DNA of 64,000 nt from an uncultured Pirellulaceae bacterium (GCA_964588195.1 CAZPOL010000008.1:9801-73800); one strand, 5' to 3'. Counted from the first letter of the stretch, positions 46,806-56,615 are shown. Notes: generated from the letters alone by a model not told the origin. Translations and numbers: made by a program.

Positions 46806-49544
46806 ATGTCAAACGATGCCAAAGTAGTGCTTATTGGTTGGGATGGAGCGGATTGGAATCACATCAACCCGCTGTTGGACAAGGGGCTGCTGCCGAACCT
46901 GCAATCTCTGATTCAGGGCGGAGTGATGGGGAACATTGAAACCCTGACACCAATCCTGAGTCCAATGCTTTGGAATTCTGTCGCGACAGGAAAATACGGT
47001 GACGAACACGGCATCTTGAACTTTACGGAACCGAACCCGTCAGGGCTTGGTTTTCGCCCTTTCTCCAGCGTCTCTCGCAAGACGAAGGCAATCTGGAACA
47101 TTCTGTCGCAAAATTCGATGGCATCCAATGTCGTTAATTGGTGGGCGAGTTATCCAGCTGAGCCGATTAAGGGCTGTGTCGTAAGCAATAATTTCTTGCG
47201 AGCAAACCAGCATCCTGACTCAGGCAAGTGGAATTACGAAGACGGAACTTTTCACCCACGCGGCCTGGAGCAGTACGTCGGTGACCTGCGAATCGCTCCT
47301 GGCGAACTTGACCAGTCGGCCATCTTGCCATTCATCCCGGAAGCAGCCCGGATCGATCAAACTGAGGACAAGCATCTTCAAAAATTCTGCAATATGTTGG
47401 CGGAAACCGTATCCATCCAGGCCAACGCAACATGGCTATTGGAAAATAATCCAGCCAATCTGAACGCGATGTACTTCGAAGGCATCGATCACTTTTGTCA
47501 TGGTTTCATGCATTTCGCGCCACCGAGATTACCCAACATCCCGGAAGAGATCTACGAGCTATACAAAGGGGTCGTGGATGGAGCCTATCGGTTTCACGAC
47601 ATGATGTTGGGCGCTGTTCTGCGAATGATTGATGACGATACGTACGTGATGCTGGTTTCTGATCACGGGTTCCAGAGCGGCGCGACTCGACCTCGGGTAA
47701 CACCGAACGAACCAGCGGGTCCCGCTTACTGGCATCGTCCACTGGGAATTTTTGCTTTGAAGGGTCCTGGTATCAAGAAGGACGAGCGGATCTATGGCGC
47801 GAGTCTGTTAGATATTACTCCCACATTGCTGACTATTTTCGATTTGCCAGTCGGAGAGGATATGTCTGGCAAGGTCCTGGTCTCGGCGTTTGAAAATTCA
47901 CCCGAGATAAACAGGATTCCCAGCTGGGATCACGTCGCGCAGGAAAATTCAGGTATGCATCCTCCGGGCACGGAATGGGATCAGGAGCAGTCCCCTGAAT
48001 TGATCAAGCAATTTGTCGAATTGGGATACATCGAAGATCCCGACGAAGACAAGGCAGTATCTGCCCGGAAAACGCAAATCGAAATCGATTACAACCTGGC
48101 ACGCGTCCATATGTCGAAGGGCCAAACGGACGAAGCACTAAAACTGTTTTCTGAACTAATGAAACAATCGCCATGGGAAAAGCGATTCGTCTTGCACACC
48201 GTGCGCTGTCTATTCGAGTGTGGTTACTTGGAGCAGGCAAAGCGACTCATTGAAAAGGCGTTCCCGGACGACAAGCTTCCCGCTGCTCCGATGGTGCTGA
48301 TGGGCCGTATCCTGTCTCAACAAGGCGATCGAGAAAAAGGTATCGAGTATCTGGAACGAGCCAATCGGGTCTCACCGAATCTGAAGGGAGTCTACCTTGA
48401 ACTGGCAAGAACCTGGTTCAAGAATCGTGAATTCAAAAAGGCATTGGATTGTTGTCGACGTGAACTCGACCGATACCCCGAATGCCCGATTTCAATGCAG
48501 GTCGCTGGCGCTTCCTTGTTGAAGATGGGAGAATTTGAACCCGCCGCTGAATTGCTTTTGGATTCTGTTGGAATTCGATATCAAAACGCAATGGCTCACT
48601 ACTACCTGGCCGCTGCGTTTGACGGTCTCGGAGATACTGAGCAGGCGATTGTCGCGTTCACAAAAGCAACCAAATTCCGGCAAGGCTTTGTCTCGGCTCA
48701 CCGCTATCTGGCGAAGTTGTATGCCAGAAATGGAAACGACGAAATGGCGACTCTGCATCGCTCGAAGTCGAAGCAGTATTTGTCGTTTAAGCGTTCTACC
48801 AACCAGGAACTCAAGAAAAGAGCTTTGCAAGTGTGGGGCTTGCCTGAAATTCCGACTCCCGAAGAGAGACGGCAAATTCTTGCTGAGAAAAGACCACGCA
48901 AGAGTGCGAAACAGGAAGCCGAGACGAAAACGGAAAGCAAGACGTTTGTGTTGGTTTCCGGTCTGCCTCGTTCGGGCACCTCTTTGATGATGCAGATGTT
49001 GCAGGCGGGTGGTATCGAGCCAATGACTGATGGATTGCGAACCGCCGATGAAGACAACCCGCAAGGTTACCTGGAATGGGAAGCGATCAAAAGTATCGCC
49101 AAAAATCCAGAACTGCTGGACCAGGCGGATGTTGAAGGAAAAGCGATCAAGGCAGTCTCGATGTTGATGCCTCAGCTACCCAGCCATCACCAATATCTTG
49201 TCGTGTTCATGGAGCGGCCAATACCTGAGGTCGTTGCCTCTCAGTTCCGAATGATTGACCGAAACTCTGAAGACGGCATTGATCAGGATGAGGAACGCGA
49301 CATTGCGACCATGGCGACTCAATTGAACCGTCACCGGAATGCAATTCGACAATGGTTGTTCAAGGCGGGCAATTTCCGAATGCTGAACATCGCTTACGGT
49401 GACCTGATCGACGACCCGGAATCTCAGATTTCGCAAGTCGTCGATTTCCTCGGGAAAGAGCGGTTGCCAACAAGTGAAAAAATGAAGGACGTGATCAAGA
49501 CGGATCTGTATCGTCAGCGAAAAACGATCGTTGATCGATATTAA
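46806..49544 (+). CDS. tri-domain protein: alkaline-phosphatase-superfamily (type I phosphodiesterase-like) / TPR / sulfotransferase
   Basis: N-terminus VVLIGWDGADWNHINPLL...MLWNSVATG and VMLVSDHGF are AlkP-family metal-site blocks. The middle is TPR (ALKLFSELMKQSPW, AHYYLAAAFDGLGDTEQAIVAFTKA). The C-terminus FVLVSGLPRSGTSLMMQML is a PAPS 5'-phosphosulfate-binding loop typical of sulfotransferases. Confidence 0.8.
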   Translation: MSNDAKVVLIGWDGADWNHINPLLDKGLLPNLQSLIQGGVMGNIETLTPILSPMLWNSVATGKYGDEHGILNFTEPNPSGLGFRPFSSVSRKTKAIWNILSQNSMASNVVNWWASYPAEPIKGCVVSNNFLRANQHPDSGKWNYEDGTFHPRGLEQYVGDLRIAPGELDQSAILPFIPEAARIDQTEDKHLQKFCNMLAETVSIQANATWLLENNPANLNAMYFEGIDHFCHGFMHFAPPRLPNIPEEIYELYKGVVDGAYRFHDMMLGAVLRMIDDDTYVMLVSDHGFQSGATRPRVTPNEPAGPAYWHRPLGIFALKGPGIKKDERIYGASLLDITPTLLTIFDLPVGEDMSGKVLVSAFENSPEINRIPSWDHVAQENSGMHPPGTEWDQEQSPELIKQFVELGYIEDPDEDKAVSARKTQIEIDYNLARVHMSKGQTDEALKLFSELMKQSPWEKRFVLHTVRCLFECGYLEQAKRLIEKAFPDDKLPAAPMVLMGRILSQQGDREKGIEYLERANRVSPNLKGVYLELARTWFKNREFKKALDCCRRELDRYPECPISMQVAGASLLKMGEFEPAAELLLDSVGIRYQNAMAHYYLAAAFDGLGDTEQAIVAFTKATKFRQGFVSAHRYLAKLYARNGNDEMATLHRSKSKQYLSFKRSTNQELKKRALQVWGLPEIPTPEERRQILAEKRPRKSAKQEAETKTESKTFVLVSGLPRSGTSLMMQMLQAGGIEPMTDGLRTADEDNPQGYLEWEAIKSIAKNPELLDQADVEGKAIKAVSMLMPQLPSHHQYLVVFMERPIPEVVASQFRMIDRNSEDGIDQDEERDIATMATQLNRHRNAIRQWLFKAGNFRMLNIAYGDLIDDPESQISQVVDFLGKERLPTSEKMKDVIKTDLYRQRKTIVDRY

Positions 49545-49577
49545 TCGCGTCGCTGGAGATCGCGTTCTTGTGCCTCT

Positions 49578-50360
49578 TTATCTCGACGGACCTGCTTGCA
49601 GCGCCAGATAGGATCCGACCGGATCGCGGATAACTGCGAATTTGGAATCGGTGCATTCTTTGACGACTTGACCGTCAAGCTCGCGGACTAGTCGAAGACT
49701 TTCGGCAAAGTCATCGACGGGTAGATGGATTAGCCAAACCGCAGGTATTCCATCGTCCTGACTTTGCGACGGACTTTGCGCCTGACTTATTTCGGCGGCG
49801 GCGGTTTCGTCATCGATCTGCATTTCAAATCTTGCCACCTGCCCTTCCCCGCCGGGCTCAATCGGCTTGCCGCTCCATCCCAAGACGCGTTGATAGAAAT
49901 CGCGACTCGTCTGAGCGTCTGGCACTGTCAGTGAAAGCCATGCGATACAGCCGAGTGGTTTGTTTTGCTGGTCGTTGTCTGTTGCTTTAGGAACGACAGG
50001 GATAACACCAAAGGCCGCTCCGTCGGGATCGACCAGGACAGCCCACTGGCTCGGGCCATCGTCGGATTTGGCATGCATCAATTCTGTGCCTCCCATGTCT
50101 ACCGCGCACTTAGCACTGGCGGCAACATCGGTGACTTGAAAGTGAGGCATCCACTGCAATGGCAATGTTTCGTATTCGGGAGTGCGGACCCCAAGCCCAA
50201 TGACCGGGGCGCCCAAATTGTTTGTCAGGTCGTCACGCCACAGTGGCGCGTCGCCCGTCGTGAGGATTTGCGTGTAGAATTTGACTTCGCGGTCATGTTC
50301 AGGAACTGCAATGTCCGCGCTCAGGACTCCACCAGCTCGGTAAACAAATGGGTTACGCAT
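49578..50360 (-). CDS. VOC (glyoxalase/bleomycin-resistance/dioxygenase) family protein, two-domain
   Basis: Two beta-alpha-beta-beta-beta-like halves (VKFYTQIL...HFQV; RDFYQRVLGW...WLIHLPVDD). The length and pattern fit the VOC fold. Assignment is by eye only. Confidence 0.7.
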   Translation of the reverse strand: MRNPFVYRAGGVLSADIAVPEHDREVKFYTQILTTGDAPLWRDDLTNNLGAPVIGLGVRTPEYETLPLQWMPHFQVTDVAASAKCAVDMGGTELMHAKSDDGPSQWAVLVDPDGAAFGVIPVVPKATDNDQQNKPLGCIAWLSLTVPDAQTSRDFYQRVLGWSGKPIEPGGEGQVARFEMQIDDETAAAEISQAQSPSQSQDDGIPAVWLIHLPVDDFAESLRLVRELDGQVVKECTDSKFAVIRDPVGSYLALQAGPSR

Positions 50361-50526
50361 GTAATTTCCTTTGTGAATTCTGCTAAACCACCGTCGTCAA
50401 CAATACCAGCACAAAGCACAAGCGAGTGGTTTTGCGGCGTTAAACCACTCGCTTGCGCTTCGTGCTCGTATTTTCGATTAAGCAGTTTTGGATTAAGCGG
50501 GTTTGAATAAAAGCCGGCGGATTCGA

Positions 50527-50898
50527 CTACTCATCGACACGCAATATTTTTTCCATCTTCCTGCCTTTAGCCAATTCGTCGACCAGCTTGTCCAGGTATC
50601 TACACTGCTGAATCAAAGGGTCTTCAATCTCTTCGACTCGATAGCCACAAATGACACCTTTGATCAGGTGTGCATTTGGATTTAGTTTGCATTTCTTGAA
50701 GAAGGTCTCAAAGTTCACTTCGTCCTTGATCAGGGTCTTAATCTTTTTCTCAGTGTAGCCCGTAAGCCACTTGATGACTTCGTGCAATTCCTTGACGGTC
50801 CGCCCCTTCTTTTCAACTTTCGTTACATAGTGAGGGTAGATTGACGCGAAGGTCATCTTGGCAATGCGTTCGGCTGTACCAGGTGGTGGCTTCTTCAT
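50527..50898 (-). CDS. DUF2200 family protein
   Basis: [34 protein letters not shown]...[23 protein letters not shown] matches my recollection of the DUF2200 family. Confidence 0.75.
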   Translation of the reverse strand: MKKPPPGTAERIAKMTFASIYPHYVTKVEKKGRTVKELHEVIKWLTGYTEKKIKTLIKDEVNFETFFKKCKLNPNAHLIKGVICGYRVEEIEDPLIQQCRYLDKLVDELAKGRKMEKILRVDE

Positions 50899-50917
50899 GT
50901 CAGTTCAATGTTCCAAT

Positions 50918-51856
50918 TTAGTTTAGTATCGATTTGCCATATATCTTAACGAGAGTTTCGCTTACCACACGTGCGAAATACTCATTGCCGCGTTGGTTGG
51001 GGTGGAGCCCGTCATTGCTGAATCTTTGAGACGGTTCCAGCCACGAGCCCGGAGGCACGATGGGGCTGAGGAATACAAAACTGCGAATCAATGAGTCATC
51101 AATTAATTGCAGATCGAATTTGGCTGCCAGCTCCCTTTCCAGTCCATCGTAGGGGTCGGAAATGAAACCACGCGGAATCTCCACGAGAATCACGCCAATA
51201 TTGTGCTCGTGAAAAGTAGTGATCAGTTTGGTCAGGTTTTCGCGAGTTGCTGAGCGAGTCTTCCGTTCGGCATTGTAGTCATGGCCTCCGAGTTCAAGTA
51301 CGACCAATTGGGGATCGGCAGCCAATATTTCAGGGAGCATTTCGATACCGTCATCGGTGGTAATTCCATTGACTCCGAAGTCGGCGACGGGAACGGAGAT
51401 TAGTTTTTCCAATTCCTGAGGGTAGCCGAAGTCCGTTAACGAGTCGCCAAGGCAAGCAATGGGTCGGCCGTCAGCAATCAAGGCTTGGGTTGTGTTTGCG
51501 GCAAACCATCTTGTCGCACCATAAGCCGCGGTCGGCAAAGCAAGGATCAACGCGTAAACCACGAACCGTCGAAGGCTGTTTGGCACTTGATTCTTGGGAG
51601 CGGCCCGCCAATCGACGCCGGTGACCGTGAGGAATGCCGCCACCAGGCCAAAGAACTCAACCGTGAAGCCGGGACGCTTGATGGTAAGAATCAGGATAAA
51701 GCCAAGCAGCCACGGCCACATTCGTTTGTTTTTTGCGAAGGCAGTCAGCGAGCAGGTCAGCCAACAGAATCCCATCCAGTGAAGGTGACAAGGAAAGACG
51801 ATGAACGAACCGAAGACAAGAACTACCAGAAACAAGGCTGCCAGGATTCGTTTCAT
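50918..51856 (-). CDS. membrane-anchored SGNH/GDSL hydrolase
   Basis: N-terminal multi-TM region. Block I ACLGDSLTDFG, block III-like ELGGHDYN and block V DGLHPNQRG. I chose the ATG at 51856 (MKRILAALFLVV...). The longest ORF starts at 51910. Confidence 0.8.
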   Translation of the reverse strand: MKRILAALFLVVLVFGSFIVFPCHLHWMGFCWLTCSLTAFAKNKRMWPWLLGFILILTIKRPGFTVEFFGLVAAFLTVTGVDWRAAPKNQVPNSLRRFVVYALILALPTAAYGATRWFAANTTQALIADGRPIACLGDSLTDFGYPQELEKLISVPVADFGVNGITTDDGIEMLPEILAADPQLVVLELGGHDYNAERKTRSATRENLTKLITTFHEHNIGVILVEIPRGFISDPYDGLERELAAKFDLQLIDDSLIRSFVFLSPIVPPGSWLEPSQRFSNDGLHPNQRGNEYFARVVSETLVKIYGKSILN

Positions 51857-51946
51857 CTTGTCTTTCCGAGCCAATCCACAGACGCGCCAATGTGAGCTAA
51901 ATGAAACCAAGTGCTGCGGACGAGTGCATCAAATCACTATCTGGAT

Positions 51947-52222
51947 TTAGCCTACCAGCGATCGCCACCATTCCAATTCACTTTTCCCGGCCTTGGTCAT
52001 GTGGTAGGTCGTTGAGGCGTTGATGCCCTTGGTCTCGATGAATCCTGATTTCTTAACGCGATGCAGGTAGGTGCATACGGCGCGACGTTCACATTCCAGG
52101 TTCATTTGTTCGTATCCGGCGACTGCATCGTCCAGCGTCATTCCGTCTGGATAGTCGCTAAGGATTCCCAGGCAAACAACGGTGGCAGCAGACAGGTTCT
52201 TTTTGCGTTTAGGTTTGGGCAT
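51947..52222 (-). CDS. small putative winged-helix DNA-binding protein
   Basis: 91-aa ORF with a basic N-terminus. The pattern ...TLDDAV...YLHRVKKSGFIETKG...YHMTKAG looks like wHTH (PadR/MarR-like recognition helix plus wing). Weak assignment. Confidence 0.45.
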   Translation of the reverse strand: MPKPKRKKNLSAATVVCLGILSDYPDGMTLDDAVAGYEQMNLECERRAVCTYLHRVKKSGFIETKGINASTTYHMTKAGKSELEWWRSLVG

Positions 52223-52361
52223 AGTCTTTATAGATTAAGTGCGAAATCGACCATGATACCTGCTCGATTGGTTTGTGGAAGTGCTTTGCCTGATAAAAAC
52301 GATCATCATTTTGTTATGCAAATGACAGACGGTCGCTCAGGGGTTACTCGCATGGCGCATG

Positions 52362-52392
52362 AAAAAGCCCGACCAGGATTCTGGTCGAGCCG
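52362..52392 (-). terminator. putative terminator downstream of rpoD
   Basis: Minus strand: gctcgaccag-aatc-ctggtcgggc (10-bp stem with one G-U pair) followed by ttttt. It lies ~40 nt after the rpoD stop. Confidence 0.55.
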
Positions 52393-52430
52393 GAATAGAT
52401 TCGAGAAGTGAATCTCGCTATTTTCGACGA

Positions 52431-53951
52431 CTAGTTTTCTACGGTGGGGCCATCGATCGGTTCGATGCCATCGACGAAGCTGGAAAGTGCCCGGCTGCGG
52501 TAGGGCTGTTGCAGCTTGCGAACCGCCTTGGATTCGATTTGACGCACTCGTTCCCGTGTCACAGAGAAGATCTTGCCGACCTCTTCAAGCGTGTACGAAT
52601 AGCCGTCGGCCAGGCCGTAACGCAGTCGCAAGATTTCGCGTTCACGATAGTTCAAGTGTTCCATGGCCTCTTCGATCAACGACTTCAATGCCTGCTGGTT
52701 GGTTGTGTATAGCGGGTCATCGTCGCGGTGGTCTTCAAGGAACTCGCCAAAGTAGCTGTCGTCATGGTCGCCAACGGGTTGGTCCAGTGAAAGCGGCTGT
52801 CGTGCCATCTTCATGATCACGCGAGCGTCGTCGATCGACAACTTGGCTCGTTCAGCGATCTCTTCCGCCGATGGCTCGCGACCGAATTCCTGTACCAGTT
52901 CACGCATGACTTTGCGAACCTTGCCCATCGTGTCGATCATGTGAACCGGTACGCGAATCGTACGGCTTTGATCGGCGATGGCACGAGTGATCGCTTGTCG
53001 AATCCACCAGGTGGCGTAAGTTGAAAACTTGTAACCGCGAGCGTGTTCGAATTTGTCCACGGCACGCATCAGGCCTGTGTTGCCTTCCTGAATCAGATCC
53101 AGAAAGCTGAGGCCTCGGTTGCGATACTTCTTGGCAATCGAAACGACCAATCGCAAGTTACCTGCCGATAGAACTCGCTTCGCCCGATCATGTTCTTTTT
53201 GATTGATGATCGTCTTGCGAATTCGCCGGCCCAATGTCTTTGGGCTTTCGTTGGTCTTCTTCATCAGGAAGTTCAGGTCGGCACGGATCTCGTCGACCGT
53301 TCGATTGGCGACGAATGTCGTGTTCTGTTCCTCAGCTTCGTGTAGTTGGTTGTACAGCAATTGCATTCGTTGGTTCACATCACACAGCTGTTGGAACAAC
53401 GGCTGCAGTCGGTTGATTCGCAGGTCCAGTTCTTCAATCAAACGAACGGCTCGGTGGCGACGACGAACCAGGCGACGCCACGCCTGGGATCGTTTTTTGG
53501 ACGTGCCTTGCGGGTTGATGGCCTGCATGTAGTCTCGGTTGTTTTCTTCCAGCAGCAACTTCAACGTGATCACGTTGGGTACCAGTCGCTGCATGATACG
53601 TTTCTTTTCCGCTTTGTTGGTGACCGATACTTCGATCGTGCGGTCGAGACGCAGTTTGCCGTCGCGAACTTGTTCCAGCAAGTGCACGGAACCTTGCAGC
53701 ATGAAGTCGGTGGCCAGCATGACGTTGCGGTAGTCTTCGCGAGTTTCTTCGATGTCGATCGCCGATGCGATTTCTTCTTCGCGAGTCAGCAACGGAATGC
53801 GTCCCATCTGCATCAGATACATGCGGACCGGATCATCAAGTGCCGAATCGGAACTGATGTGACGATCCTTTTCACTGACGCTTGACTTGGCCTTCTTGCT
53901 CGCTGCCTTGGTGGTGGCTGCTTTTGCCGTCTTGCGGGAAGCCTTTGACAT
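52431..53951 (-). CDS. rpoD: primary RNA polymerase sigma-70 factor
   Basis: Region 1.2 [21 protein letters not shown]. Region 2 [53 protein letters not shown]. Region 4 [12 protein letters not shown]...[27 protein letters not shown]. Confidence 0.95.
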   Translation of the reverse strand: MSKASRKTAKAATTKAASKKAKSSVSEKDRHISSDSALDDPVRMYLMQMGRIPLLTREEEIASAIDIEETREDYRNVMLATDFMLQGSVHLLEQVRDGKLRLDRTIEVSVTNKAEKKRIMQRLVPNVITLKLLLEENNRDYMQAINPQGTSKKRSQAWRRLVRRRHRAVRLIEELDLRINRLQPLFQQLCDVNQRMQLLYNQLHEAEEQNTTFVANRTVDEIRADLNFLMKKTNESPKTLGRRIRKTIINQKEHDRAKRVLSAGNLRLVVSIAKKYRNRGLSFLDLIQEGNTGLMRAVDKFEHARGYKFSTYATWWIRQAITRAIADQSRTIRVPVHMIDTMGKVRKVMRELVQEFGREPSAEEIAERAKLSIDDARVIMKMARQPLSLDQPVGDHDDSYFGEFLEDHRDDDPLYTTNQQALKSLIEEAMEHLNYREREILRLRYGLADGYSYTLEEVGKIFSVTRERVRQIESKAVRKLQQPYRSRALSSFVDGIEPIDGPTVEN

Positions 53952-54464
53952 GTGCTGGTCCTGGTTTGATGCGGTTGATTGGTACCGGACCTAATGCACA
54001 AAGGGTGCCCTTTGATAGAAGAGTTGTGGTGTGGGTGGCTAAGTCTCTAGATAGCAAGGGTTTAACGAAAATGGCTCGCCTGGCAGAGGGCCGATAACTC
54101 GTTGCAAAAAAGCAACGTAGGGCTCGGACGCGACTCAATGTTGATTTTTCTACACATCATATGCCGATACAATCGTTAGACGCCTCAATTGGATTGCCTG
54201 CCCCGATCGGTTGGGCTATCCTGGAAGCGAGTCGTATCGTTCGTGGTCATTGACCAATTTGTTCGTCGATCCATTTCTTTACCGTTTGAGCTCAACCCTG
54301 AAATGAAAATATCAGCCGGAACATTGTTTGTCGTCTTGGCAGGAATCCTGCTTGTTAACACGTTTGTGTTTCAGCGGCCTTCGACGAATTGCTGAGGCGG
54401 TACTGTGCCGGCTTCGGGTTCGGAGCTAACGGAATTCTCACTGGTGCCAGGCTTGCAGGCAGAG

Positions 54465-54629
54465 ATGGCGAATGAGGGCTGCTGTGCGGAAGGTCCTTGC
54501 GTAGAAGGAGAGTGCGCTGAAGGGCAATGCGCAGAAGGAGAGTGCACCAAGGAGACTGCTAAAGGCGACGCTCCGGCAAGTTGTGAGGATTGCAACGAGT
54601 CCGGGACGAGCGACAGCCTGAACCAGTAA
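54465..54629 (+). CDS. possible 54-aa Cys-rich acidic micro-protein (C-[AV]-E-G-x pentapeptide repeats)
   Basis: MANEGCCAEGPCVEGECAEGQCAEGECTKETAKGDAPASCEDCNESGTSDSLNQ. The 15-nt repeat unit keeps the reading frame. Coding status is unproven and no SD is visible. A 30-aa hydrophobic ORF (54303-54395) lies just upstream. Confidence 0.3.
   Translation: MANEGCCAEGPCVEGECAEGQCAEGECTKETAKGDAPASCEDCNESGTSDSLNQ
54483..54557 (+). repeat. 5 x 15-nt tandem repeat
   Basis: The five units are tgtgcggaaggtcct / tgcgtagaaggagag / tgcgctgaagggcaa / tgcgcagaaggagag / tgcaccaaggagact. Confidence 0.9.
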
Positions 54630-54748
54630 CGACGGCCGGGTGACGTTCATGAGCAAACAAGGATTCTTCCAACAGATCAGCAGCTGTTCGATGGTTTGCT
54701 GCAACAAGTCGAGCGAACGTTGCAAGCGGACGGATTGCAAGCCGGTTT

Positions 54749-56404
54749 TCAAGTTGAAAGCAACTTAACGACGTCGTTGTGTCCCTTTTTTCGAGCCCAC
54801 TCGATCGGTGCCGCCCACGGAGCGCCGCAAAGGTCTGGATCGGCGCCGTGGTCAATATAAAGTTGTACCAGTTTTTCCTTGCCCCAACGCGCCGCCCATC
54901 CCAATGGTGTGGACAGCAAGTGTAAATCGAGCACGTCCAGTCTTGCTCCGTGCTTCAGCAACAGCTTGGCGAATCTTACGGCATCTTCCTCTGGCTCTTT
55001 TCGACCGAGCGAATGTAGTTCAAGGTAGGTTCCAGGTTTCGAGTGTAAACCCTCCGCCTTTGCAAACTCATTCAAATCTTTCACGCCATGTTTCAACAAG
55101 ATTTCGTAGATTTGAAAATAGTTTTCACGGTCGATGTGAGGTGCGTGGCTATGCTTGGGCCGCCAGAAACGGGCGGCCTGTCCTAACAAACCGGTGCTGA
55201 CCTTCCGGGGAAAGTGTTTGAGGCAGTGTTGTACGATCTCCGGAATCCCGCCATGTACTGCGCACATTAACAATTTCTCGTCGACTTTTGGATTCTGACT
55301 ATCGCTATCGAATAGCTCGACGAATTCCTGATAAGAAAGAAACTTGGCCGCACTTTCAACGCCGACAATACCTCCATGCGATTTCACAAGTTCGATTACC
55401 TCTTGATTCCCACTCGAAAACGCTCCGGCCATTGGTGTGCCGGTTCCCAGAACCTGCAAGTTCGGGTCAGCGCCAGCTTCCAGTAACAACCGAGCCATCT
55501 CGTGCTGTCCGGTGGACGTGGCCCGATACAACGGGTCACCTCCAACGACGTAAGGCGCACTCTCGCTGATGTATCGCAAATGGGTTCCGTCTGGATCGAT
55601 CCCAAGCGACATCATTCGTCGCACTATTCCTGTTTGATGAGTGTCCACGGCCAACTGCAGAAAGCTTCCGACCTCATCAACCGTAATTCCTTTGGCAACC
55701 AATTCGTCGAATGTTTCAAGTTCGCCATCGCTGATTGCCTGACGGAGTTGCCCCAGCAACAAGGTTCGACCTTCGGGCGCCTGTTCGCCTTCAGACGCGG
55801 CCTGTTCGGACTCGATTGAGTCTGATTCGATCGACTGTTTTTCGCGGCGAGCGTATTCTTCGTTGATGATCTCGACAATCTCATCGTAGCCTCGGTCGGT
55901 AGCCATTCCGATTGGCGATGTTGCTTTTGTGAAAGGGTAAATGCCAGAGTTCTTATTGATGCCACAACTCATCAATAACCGTACCATTTCCGGCTGTCGA
56001 TGCATTACGGCAAAGTGGATCGCCATGGCGGAGTCATCTTTTAGATAAAGCAAAGCCAGGTTGGGTTGTTCATCAAGAATCGCCTTGGCCTTTTTGAAGT
56101 CACCAACGACTGCTGCATCACACAAATCTTGCACGGAGTATTTTAGAGGCGGCGTCTTGAGCACTTCCTGCTTTAATCGTGCCCAACTGGCGAATCCGTA
56201 AGCGCGAGCAAGGATTCGCTGTGCGTCTGCCAAGCGAAACGAGTGTGGATCGGGGTTTCGTTCGTAACGGTGAACCTCGGCGATCGCCTGTGGCTGTCCG
56301 CTCAGGTAAGACTTCAACAATGTCTTGGCCTGTTTCTGCAAGTGTTCCCAGTCAGGATTTGCTGGAAGGGCGCGGTGAGCTCGCGGTGTAGAATGCTTTT
56401 TCAT
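54749..56404 (-). CDS. large ankyrin-repeat protein
   Basis: Multiple ANK units (AIHFAVMHRQPEMVRLLMSCGINKN, PLYRATSTGQHEMARLLLEAGADPN, TPLGWAARWGKEKLVQLYIDHGADPD). N-terminal helical module ...LKKQAKTLLKSY...LADAQRILARAYGFASWARLK. I chose the ATG at 56404 (ORF extends to 56443). Confidence 0.85.
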   Translation of the reverse strand: MKKHSTPRAHRALPANPDWEHLQKQAKTLLKSYLSGQPQAIAEVHRYERNPDPHSFRLADAQRILARAYGFASWARLKQEVLKTPPLKYSVQDLCDAAVVGDFKKAKAILDEQPNLALLYLKDDSAMAIHFAVMHRQPEMVRLLMSCGINKNSGIYPFTKATSPIGMATDRGYDEIVEIINEEYARREKQSIESDSIESEQAASEGEQAPEGRTLLLGQLRQAISDGELETFDELVAKGITVDEVGSFLQLAVDTHQTGIVRRMMSLGIDPDGTHLRYISESAPYVVGGDPLYRATSTGQHEMARLLLEAGADPNLQVLGTGTPMAGAFSSGNQEVIELVKSHGGIVGVESAAKFLSYQEFVELFDSDSQNPKVDEKLLMCAVHGGIPEIVQHCLKHFPRKVSTGLLGQAARFWRPKHSHAPHIDRENYFQIYEILLKHGVKDLNEFAKAEGLHSKPGTYLELHSLGRKEPEEDAVRFAKLLLKHGARLDVLDLHLLSTPLGWAARWGKEKLVQLYIDHGADPDLCGAPWAAPIEWARKKGHNDVVKLLST

Positions 56405-56615
56405 GACGAACCTTTCTTTCTGCGGAAATGCCGCGGGGTTCATTGCTCGCGTGGTGAACCGAAAGAAGGTAAGGTCAGCAATTTGATTCGAAGAGGTTGG
56501 GCTGGGCCCTTTCCGCGAGCACGGTTGCGTTCCTTAACGCAACGATCATTTTAGGACCCGGGTCACCGTCAGTCAAATTCTGGAGAGGCAATCGAGCTTT
56601 TAAACGGGTGCGCAT

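Noticed and set aside
54371-54595. Minus-strand 74-aa ORF reading the 15-nt repeat as AHCPSAHSPSTQGPSAQQPS.
   Set aside because: It is the mirror reading of the same tandem repeat. I marginally prefer the plus strand because Cys-codon conservation in phase and the upstream plus-strand TM micro-ORF fit it better. The choice is not proven (see finding).
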